A DNA stretch of 64,000 bases, from positions 63,238,319-63,302,318 of the forward strand of contig NC_068986.1 in NCBI RefSeq assembly GCF_001194135.2, given 5' to 3'. The stretch is from Octopus bimaculoides. Taxonomy: Eukaryota. Within the stretch, counting starts at the first letter, position 1. Every line of letters starts with the position of its first letter. The notes under the pieces were generated by a model. It saw only the letters and a list, made by a program, of their open reading frames with translations, was not told where the DNA came from and made no database searches. Shown here piece by piece: positions 1 to 9,189 of this stretch. The translations under genes and the position numbers were made by a program.

Positions 1-160
1 CTTGTTGTTGGATTTTCTTTTTAATTTTTTGTAGCCTCAGTTTAAATATGATTGGGATACAAACAGTCAGCAAACAGGCTAGGTATTAATCTCAGATCTG
101 TTGTTCCAATTATACTCTGTATCTTGCCTGTGCATTTTGATATGCAGGGATGAATGAATT

Positions 161-310
161 GGCTGTTGTTTAGTCCCAGCTCATCCCAAATTGAGCAGAT
201 CTATGACCAAAGGTATTAATAATCCCACCTATTTTTATGTATCTAAAATAATTTGTCCTTTCTTTTTAAAGATGGTTGAAGGCAATTTGACTGTTAATTC
301 AAGCAGTCTG
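161..310 (-). repeat. Unclassified ~200-bp SINE-like repeat ('family D', (AAC)n-tailed), decayed copy
   Basis: Shares the GTTGTTTAG-CCCAG...GAGCAGATCTATGACCAAAGGTATT core with many other copies in the window (e.g. 23440, 37890, 38095). Confidence 0.55.
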
Positions 311-1599
311 TGTTTCCACAATACCTTTGGTCATCTCTTCTTGAACAAGTCAATTGCAATATTCATTGAATTTGGTATTGGTTGATATAGTTTTTCAGCT
401 CTAGGTTAACCCTGGAATATGTAGGCGAGGAATATAGTCAATTGAATTGAGATCTGTACTTGCATGGTACTTATATTTAAAATATTGTGATGTGAAACTA
501 AATATTGTAAGATATTTAGATCTGAGAGTCATACCTAAAGATATTCCAGCTGAGACCATTCTGGCATCTTCTATATCTAGGATTACATTATCTTCTTTAT
601 TTAAGTCAGTAAGCTGTGGTTTGAAGGAGATTATTTTATATTCAGTTTTGTATCCTGCTATGAGTTTGGTATGTCTTCAAATTTAACTTCAGGAGATGTT
701 ATGGCTAAATGTTTGATTGAAGAGCATACCGAAGAAAGTTAATATAAAGAGGACAAGTCAGATTAAAGTGCTTTCCTCAAGGGTATGTGTGAATGCATGC
801 ATCAAAGTTTAAACCTATGATTTTGGGCCAAAATACTTAATTACTATTCTTGTAAGTAATCTCTTTTTCTTTTTCTCCCTCTAATAAATGAGACCTACAA
901 AAACATAGATGAAGTGACATTATTTTAAGCTCAGGAGATTTTTTTTGAACAATTTTGTTTTTTATTTGTTTCCTTTTTTTTTCTTTTTGCTTAACAAATA
1001 TCTTCAGAAAAGTTAATGTATTTCTAAAAGAGATTAATATCATTTGTGAGCATTAGTTACTCACTTTTACTTTGTATATATAAGTAAATAACAATAAATA
1101 CTAAAATACCAGTCATTAGAATTTAACATGAATGACATGTGCAGTGCCAGTCTATTGATGTAGCTATAAAAACATGATAAGCAGAAGGTAGAACATTGCA
1201 GCGTCTGCTATTTGGAACTGCTTTATTTTCTCTTGTTTGGCGATTAACAAAACAAAACCAGCACTACAAAATACTTTGATATTTTCATCATGTGTTATTG
1301 TTTTTTTTTGTTGTATTTTTTCTTATATTTTGATTCATTGTGAAATGCATATTTTTTATGGATTAATGTAGTAAATGGATTCTTCTACAATCAATCAATC
1401 ATGACTATTAACTTTTTTCTACATAAAATGATCTTGCTGTTAAAGCATTAGTTCTAATCTCCCTGCCTTCTCTATCTCTTTCTCAGACACCCAGTAACTC
1501 AAACATATTTCAACTCTACTCCCTCCCTGTCTCTCTTTCTCCTTCACACAGAAACCCAACTTCCCAGCTGGTTCAAGATAAAAACAAAATATCTATTTC

Positions 1600-2400
1600 C
1601 ATTTAAAGTTATTTATCATCATTGATTAAACATTTTACTTTCTTTCATGCTGGCTGTAGTTGAAAGAATCTTCTCTCTATCTGTTCCTATCTTTTGCCTT
1701 TTTTTACTTCTTGTATGTTCCAATTTTCTAAGATCTAATAAACTATCTTAACTCCAGTCTTTTTCTTTCTAACTTCACTCCACCAACAAATGTTTGTCAA
1801 CATACATTACTCATAACCATTGCACATGATAATTTCAGCAGACTCATCCTTTGTTGCATTATCTGATCAATATCTTTGCTGTTCAGTTCCCTTCTCAAGT
1901 TACTTGCTTTCTCAGATGTAACTCCCAGCATATTTGTTATATACTAGGTAAAAACATAATTAATATCCAATGTATTTAACTGTTCCTCTTAAATATTTAG
2001 GCCTTTTCATTAACCATCTTTCTCTGATATACAGTATTATCCATGTTTAAGTGGGCATAACTATTAACTCTCAGTATTAATACTGCCTCTGTCACTAACA
2101 TTTTTTAACAGTATACTTCTGAAATATGCATCTGACTGTCCATATTTTAGATGTACTATTTCAATAAAATCAGTTGTAACTTTCCCATTTCTAAGTAAAT
2201 ACCTTCCTGTTACTTCTCCATTATTTTTGGTTTTGAGTACCCAAACTCCAATTTTTGTCAAATCTATTCAATTCATCTATCCAATTTATTCATTATCGTT
2301 TTGCTTTTTCTCCTTTTCTTTTGTAATCTCTTGGAATCCTTACTCTCTGGATGTGTCCAACCCAACTTTATTTCAGTGATTGTATGAACTAGACAATGCC
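1600..2400 (-). mobile_element. Heavily decayed LINE (RTE-like) apurinic endonuclease region
   Basis: Minus-strand frames give fragments resembling LINE APE domains (NVSDRGSINT, similar to the VSDR.I motif; KYAGSY, similar to GKYGLG), with many stops. Confidence 0.4.
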
Positions 2401-2950
2401 ATTTAGTTTGGTTATTTTTGTATTCATTTTGACATTTTATTGCCTTTCAATTTTATTCCAAACTGTAATATTCTAAAATATAAATTCATTGAATGTTAAC
2501 ATGAAATGTTATATATTTGATATATTTAAGACTACAGCATTGTACTTAGTGTATCTTAATCTTACCTTCCACCATGTATACCAAATACATTCTTGTTTGG
2601 TGCTTTACTATTGCATGACAAAGATCTTCATATTAGATTTTGAAAAAAAATTTGTGTTTGTTTTATCTTGGGAAACCTCAGAAATTAAAAGTTCTTTAAT
2701 TTGATAAAAGTTATTCAAGTGAGGTATTTTCCATTTCTTATTGTTGTTAAGAAGTGTAGACTATCCTCAAGTGTTTCCTAAAAATAAGATTTAGAAGATG
2801 AAAACAAAACAAATGATAAATATTCATTGCTAGTATAATGAATACTTTCAAAAGTTTGATCTGTAAGTCTAATCTGTAGCTTTTACTTATCAAATATATT
2901 AGACCTTATTATTAAGAGAAGAGCTTTCTAAATCCTACAATAAGAATAGT

Positions 2951-3325
2951 CATAGCTATGTGATTTAGAAGTTTGCTTTGCAGCCATGCAGTTCTGGTTT
3001 TAATTCCTCTGTGTGGTATGGAATCTTGAGCAAGTAGCTTCTACTATAGCCTCTGGTGAACCAATACTTTGGAAATGAAATTTAGTTGACAGAAACTGTG
3101 GAAATTTGTTTGCACAGTGTGTGAGTGTGAATGCACACACACACACACTTGTACATCTGTACTTGTTTAATATATCTATTCCAGTGTATTGAAGTGTGCC
3201 TCTTTATGCCAAAAGTAATTTAGCCATTTGATAAATATTGATATGATCAACCGAAACCCTTGAAGGTGGCACCCTGGCATGGCTATGGCTGAATAACTGA
3301 AAGTAGTAAAAGACTAATAAAAGAA
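2951..3325 (+). mobile_element. tRNA-derived SINE, family A, decayed
   Basis: Head, core (CTTGAGCAAGTAGCTTCTACTATAGCC), (CA/TG)n and tail (AAACCCTTGAAGG...CTGAAAGTAGTAAAAGA) align with the copy at 16749. Confidence 0.7.
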
Positions 3326-3344
3326 TGCATTTTCATTACTTAAG

Positions 3345-3618
3345 ATGATTTAGTGGGGGAGGGTGCACTGGAAGTGTTGCTGCTAGAATAAGAATAGCCT
3401 GAGCAAAGTTCAGAAAACTCTTACCTCTGCTGGTGACAAGGGGCCTCTCACTCAGAGTAAAAGGCAGACTGTATGACGCATGTGTACGAACAGCCATGCT
3501 TCATGGCAGTGGAACATGGGCCGTGACTGCTGAGGACATGCGTAGGCTCGCAAGGAATGAAGCCAGTATACTCCGATGGATGTGTAATGTCAGTGTGCAT
3601 ACTAGACAGAGTGTTAGT
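3345..3618 (+). mobile_element. RTE-clade LINE fragment, post-RT region
   Basis: TRGLSLRVKGRLYDACVRTAMLHGSGTWAVTAEDMRRLARNEASILRWMCNVSVHTRQSVS, nearly identical to the copy at 5380-5565. Confidence 0.9.
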
Positions 3619-3624
3619 TGTTTA

Positions 3625-4208
3625 TATATACACACGCCAATCACTCCGAGAGTGTAGTGGGTGCAGTACTGGCAACAGCCATGCTCATAATGGTGTATTT
3701 TATGTGCCACCTGCACAGGAGCCAGTTTGGCAGCACTGGCAACGATCTCGCTCGAATGTCTTTACATGTGCCATCCAGCACAAGTGCCAGGAAGGCGATG
3801 CTGGGCACAGGTGCCATGATGATTTCGCTTTCGCTTGCCCCAATCGGTCTTCGCAAGCCGTGTTTCGTTTCCAATAAAGGAGACGACGTTGGCACGGGTG
3901 CCATTCGTCTAATTTAATTCGATTTCACTTGCCTCAACAGATCTTCGCAAATGGAGTTTAGTGTCCAATGAAGGAAGGTACTTATAAGTGTGCTGGCTGA
4001 GGTCTTAGATTCAGGTCTCACTTGGCTTGCCAGGTCTTCTCACGCACACCATATTTCCAAAGGTCTCGGTCAGAAGTCATCGCCTCGGTGAGGCCCAATG
4101 TTCGAAGGTCGTGCCTCACCACCTCATCCCAGGTCTTCCTGGGCCTACCTCTTCCACAGGTTCCCTCAACTGCTAGGGTGTGCCACTTTTTCACACAGCT
4201 ATCCTCAT
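3625..4208 (-). mobile_element. Young RTE-clade LINE 3' end (ORF C-terminus plus 3' UTR minisatellite)
   Basis: Minus strand reads DEDSCVKKWHTLAVEGTCGRGRPRKTWDEVVRHDLRTLGLTEAMTSDRDLWKY, then the tandem-repeat 3' UTR. CpG-rich, and runs into a gap. Confidence 0.9.
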
Positions 4209-4218
4209 NNNNNNNNNN
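4209..4218. other. Assembly gap (10 N) followed by (TA)n
   Basis: Run of N. Confidence 1.
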
Positions 4219-4265
<47 letters not shown>

Positions 4266-4271
4266 TATATT

Positions 4272-6308
4272 AGGAATATATTTATGAGGAATCACTGCTG
4301 AAATGCTTATAATATGTGGTGGTGTAGGCTATGGCTAGTCTCCTGTATTGTAAACCAGGTAGTTCACGAAGGAGTCATACCCAATGACTAGCATAGCAGC
4401 ACCATAATCAACTGCTACAAAGGTGAAAGTGATGTGTGTGATAGAAATAACTACAGAGGTTTCAAACTGTTGGATCAGGTGAAGGTCACGAAGAGGATCA
4501 TAGCCCAACTAATTAAGGAGAGAGTTAGTCTAGATGAGATGTTGTTTGGTTTTGTGCCAGGTAGAAGCACCACTGATGCTATATTCCTTGTACGGCAACT
4601 GTAGGAGAAATACCTAGCCAAAGATAAACTCCTGTACTTGGCTTTTGTTGACCTAGAGAAAATCCTTTGACAGCGTCCCCCAATCCCTTTATGATGGGCA
4701 ATGCAGAAACTGCAAATTGACGAGTGGTTTATAAGAGCTGTACAGGGATGCTGTTGGTAAGGTAAGGGTCCACAATGCGTATAGTGTAGAATTCCGGGTA
4801 AAAGTAAGCTTTCACCAAGGATCAGCCCTCAGCCCCCTTTTATTCATCATAGTCCTCCAGGCAATAAAAGAGGAAATCAAGACAGGTTGCTCCTGTGAGA
4901 TCCTCTATGCTGATGACCTGACCCTCATAGCAGAATCACTACCAGAACTAGAGAAGAAATTTCAGGTGTAAGCAAGGTTTAGAATGGAAGGGCCTTAGAG
5001 TCAATGTTGCAAAAACCAAAGTCTTAGTAAGTAGGAAGGTGAACACATCACAAACCCCTGCTCGATCTGTAGAAAAGGGGTAGGTAGAAACTCCATATGA
5101 TGTACCCAGTGTAAGCTATGGACGCATAAGAGGTGCAGCAACATCAAAGGACGTTGAACGGGGAAGATAGCTTTTGTGTGCAGCATATGCACAGGGGCAA
5201 TAAACACCCCAGATGCTCAGAAAACTGATTCCATCACATGGCAGGTTGAGAAACTAGAAGTTGTTGATAGCTTCCACTACCTAGGTGACCAAGTCTGTAG
5301 TGGTGGTGGATGCTCAGAGAGCATTGCCACTAGAATAAGAATAGCCTGGGCAAAGTTCAGAAAGCTCCTACCTCTACTAGTGACAAAGGGCCTCTCACTC
5401 GTTGTGAAAGGTAGACTGTATGATGCATGTGTTCAAACTGCTATGCTATACGGCAGTGAAACATGGGCTGTGACTGCTGAAGACATGCACAGGCATGAAA
5501 GAAATGAAGCTAGCATGATCTGCTGGATGCATAATGTCAGTGTGCACATACTACAGAGTGTAAGCGCCTTGAGAGAAATGTTGGACATAGAAGCATCAGA
5601 TGTGGTGTGCAAGAGAGACGACTGCGCTGGTATGGTCATGTGCTGTGTATGGATGAGAAGTGTCACTCCCTAACTGTGAATGGAACCTGTGGTAGAGGGA
5701 GACTCAGGAAGACATGGGATGAGGTGGCCAGGCATGACTTTCAAATGTTGGGCCTCACAGAGACAATGACGAAAGACCGAGACCTCTGGAGATATGCTGG
5801 ATTGAGAAGACCCAGCAAGTAAAGTGAGATCACAGCTGTAGCCTACACCAGTGTCGCATAACCAGCCCATTTAAAAAGTACATTCCGTGCTTGAGGAGAC
5901 CTATTGAGTCAAATAAAATCAAAATTCATATCAAATCACAATCAAATGGAAATTGTAGTTGTGGATGATGCCAGTGCCGCCTGACTGGCTCCCTGTGCCG
6001 GTGGAACGTAAAAAGCACCATCCAAACATGGTCAATGCCAGACCCCACCCCCACCCCGACTGGCTCCTGTGCTGGTAGCACATAAAAAGCACCATCCAAA
6101 TATAGCCGATGCCAGTGCTGCCTGACTGGCTTTTGTGCCGGTGGCACGTAAAAAGCACCCACTACACTCTTGGAGTGGTTGGCGTTAGGAAGGGCATCCA
6201 GCTGTAGAAACACTACTAGATCAGATTGGAGCCTCTTGGCTTGCCAGTCCCCAGTGAAATTCTACAACCCATACCAATATGGAAAATGGACGTTAAACGA
6301 TGATGCTG
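4272..6308 (+). mobile_element. 5'-truncated RTE-clade LINE: RT domain, PHD-like insert, C-terminus, 3' UTR and (GAT)n tail; disrupted by stops and frameshifts
   Basis: Motifs NYRGFKLLDQ, FGFVPGRSTTDAIF, AFVDLEK, HQGSALSPLLFIIVL, LYADDL, VNVAKTK, FHYLGD, LRWYGHV and GRGRLRKTW; ends GGACGTTAAACGATGATG. Confidence 0.95.
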
Positions 6309-6406
6309 ATATATATGTATATATATATATATGTATATATATATGTGTATATATATATATATATGTATATATATATGTGTATATATATATATATGTATAT
6401 ATATAT
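6309..6406. repeat. (TA)n/(TG)n compound microsatellite
   Basis: Seen directly. Confidence 0.95.
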
Positions 6407-6660
6407 CAGTGAAGAATGCCACTGGAAAAGAAGATATAAGGTCTGCCAGGTTTTTCTCTCTCACCAAGGTCATCAGCTGTCGAACGCCGACGAAGGGAAA
6501 TAACCCTGAAATCCGGATACGTTCGTGCTGCTGGCCGAGGTGAGAGGGATAACTCCCTTGGCAAACAGGACACAGTCGTGTGTCGATAAGCCAGCTGGAG
6601 GAGATGTCCTCCTGGGGCTAAAAGCAACAGTAACATCCACCCCTAGGGGTCAGCCACACT
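6407..6660 (+). mobile_element. ORF-less, GC-richer, hairpin-rich element carrying the hammerhead (retrozyme or Penelope pseudo-LTR candidate), cut off by a gap
   Basis: Starts abruptly after (TA)n and contains several perfect hairpins. No protein motif recognised. Confidence 0.55.
6456..6548 (+). ncRNA. Type I hammerhead ribozyme-like motif (U4C core variant) with extended stem I
   Basis: Stem I CGAACG(6481-86)/CGTTCG(6520-25); core CCGACGA(6487-93); stem II AGGG-AAATAA-CCCT(6494-6507); GAAA(6508-11); palindromic stem III ATCCGGAT(6511-18); H17=A6519. Outer pairings: CAGC/GCTG, GGTCA/TGGCC, CTCTCTCACC/GGTGAGAGGG. Confidence 0.8.
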
Positions 6661-7364
6661 NNNNNNNNNNNNNNNNNNNNNNNNNNNNNNNNNNNNNNNN
6701 NNNNNNNNNNNNNNNNNNNNNNNNNNNNNNNNNNNNNNNNNNNNNNNNNNNNNNNNNNNNNNNNNNNNNNNNNNNNNNNNNNNNNNNNNNNNNNNNNNNN
6801 NNNNNNNNNNNNNNNNNNNNNNNNNNNNNNNNNNNNNNNNNNNNNNNNNNNNNNNNNNNNNNNNNNNNNNNNNNNNNNNNNNNNNNNNNNNNNNNNNNNN
6901 NNNNNNNNNNNNNNNNNNNNNNNNNNNNNNNNNNNNNNNNNNNNNNNNNNNNNNNNNNNNNNNNNNNNNNNNNNNNNNNNNNNNNNNNNNNNNNNNNNNN
7001 NNNNNNNNNNNNNNNNNNNNNNNNNNNNNNNNNNNNNNNNNNNNNNNNNNNNNNNNNNNNNNNNNNNNNNNNNNNNNNNNNNNNNNNNNNNNNNNNNNNN
7101 NNNNNNNNNNNNNNNNNNNNNNNNNNNNNNNNNNNNNNNNNNNNNNNNNNNNNNNNNNNNNNNNNNNNNNNNNNNNNNNNNNNNNNNNNNNNNNNNNNNN
7201 NNNNNNNNNNNNNNNNNNNNNNNNNNNNNNNNNNNNNNNNNNNNNNNNNNNNNNNNNNNNNNNNNNNNNNNNNNNNNNNNNNNNNNNNNNNNNNNNNNNN
7301 NNNNNNNNNNNNNNNNNNNNNNNNNNNNNNNNNNNNNNNNNNNNNNNNNNNNNNNNNNNNNNNN
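6661..7364. other. Assembly gap (704 N)
   Basis: Run of N. Confidence 1.
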
Positions 7365-8195
7365 TGTATATATATATATATTACATGTGTGTGTATATGT
7401 ATTCTGTCTTTTCTGCTCTGCTGTTTTGTGCAAGTTCTATACTGATCAAACATGACTATTATAAATATATAAATGTGCAGGTGACTTTCTATAAATAGAT
7501 AACTAAAACTTGATCAATTTTCAAATATTGAAGTTGAAAATTGATCACATTTATTACTTAACTCTCCAAGTACATGCTCAATATGTGAATTAGTGAAATG
7601 GTTACATATAGATAATGTAGTTGCTATCAATTGATTACCTTGAGAAAATCAGTTTAACTTAGTCTATTGTTCGCATTTAACAGATGCAGCCATGTATGAC
7701 TCCCTTCAGTAATTTTTAACTGGTGGTAAGTGAGAGTGTAAACAGGAACATGTGGTCAGCCATTGGTATATGGAAATTTAATGATGTTAGAGTTCAGATA
7801 ATACACCAGACTAGGTGGCACTTTCTACACATAATGCTGTTTGAAATATTTGTTTTATTGATAGCATTGCATTTGATTAACTAAGAGGTCTTTGTTTCTA
7901 AACAAACTAATCTAATTATATCTGTTAATGGTTTCCATGTGAGGGCTGTAAAATATTATTTCCTGACTGCAACATAATTCCCAGTTTGATATGTATTTAT
8001 AAGACTAATGTATATTTCATAAAACTCTTCAGAATCTGTGGTTTTCTAGCTTTGTTATTTATACATAAAATAGAACACATAACCACTTAACCTAAGTTGT
8101 AAATGAAAAATTGGTGGTTTTTAGCCTCTAACCCTTTAAATTACAACATTTCCCTCTTGCAACCTATAAAACTGAACACAAGAACCAACTATATA

Positions 8196-9062
8196 TTGGG
8201 TCATCCCATAAATAATGCGGGGTTTTTATACTTCTTTTATTTTCAAACTTAAGATAAACTTCTTTTTTAATCTAATATATATACTCTCCTTCATTTTCTA
8301 TAATGCTCTTCTATCGATCTGGTAGACTTGCAAGGCTCCTCTTCCAAAATTCATTAGTCCATGATGAAAAATACTCCTCCAGTACTATTCTGACTTCATC
8401 TAAAGAATTCATATTTTTTCCATCCAAATGATTTTGGAGACTGCAAAATAAATGATGATCAGATGGGTCAATGTCCGGGAAATATGGTGGGTGGGGCATT
8501 ATTTCCCATTCAAACTGATCCAGCCTTTGGAATGTCATCCTTGCTGTATGTGGCCAAGCATTATTCTCATGGAAGAACACATTTCATCTTGAAACCAACG
8601 ATGGTCATTTTCTTTCTAGCACTGACGTAAGCCACTCAAGCTGCTCACAGTAGATCTCCTTTGTTATTGTTTGGTTTAGGTTTAAAAGTTCAAAGTGGAC
8701 TAAACCTTTCATACCCCACCAAGCAGATAACATCACCTTACATGAGTGAATACTTTCTTTAGCCTGGGGTGCCGATGTTTTTCCTTTCCCTACCCACTAT
8801 TTTCAACACTTGACATTTTCATAGAGAATCCATATCTCGTCACCAGTCACCATTCGGTCTAAAAAAGGTTCATTCATGGGACATGACAACAAAGAAGAGC
8901 ACACAATTAGACTCAGAAAGTTTGTGAGGAACCCATTGACCAAATCTGCTGACTTTTCCAATGGCATGAAGGTGTCCATGAATGGTTGAATGACCAAATT
9001 GGTTAAGGTTAAACAGCTGACAACAAATTTGTGGTATTGAGCAGAATGTTTGCTGTAGCCCA
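8196..9062 (-). mobile_element. 5'-truncated mariner (DD34D) transposon, transposase pseudogene with one TIR
   Basis: WVPHKL, RMVTGDEIWILY, FHENNAWPHTA, PHPPYFPDIDPSDHHLF. The TIR-like end TTGGGTCATCCCATAAATAATGCGG follows a TA at 8194-95. Confidence 0.92.
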
Positions 9063-9189
9063 TCTTTTATACCAAGACAAAACATGTACAGGATAACACT
9101 TCCAATCAGTTAAGATCAGAAGCCATGAGAGCCAGTGTCTGGTATTGCAACAGGGCATTTATTATCATCATCATCATCATCATCATCAT

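Noticed and set aside
2064-2261. 65-aa minus-strand ORF as a host exon
   Set aside because: It lies in a stop-riddled region better explained as a LINE endonuclease remnant, and has no convincing splice sites.
6440-6480. Minus-strand CTGATGA suggesting a hammerhead of opposite polarity
   Set aside because: No stem II closing onto GAAA and no stem III. It is just the complement of the extended stem I arm.
6525-7453. Long ORFs of 267-306 aa (also 41114-41779)
   Set aside because: Artefacts of translating N-runs.
7684-7731. AG...GTAAGT-bounded 42-nt candidate exon
   Set aside because: Stop codons in all three frames and a weak pyrimidine tract.
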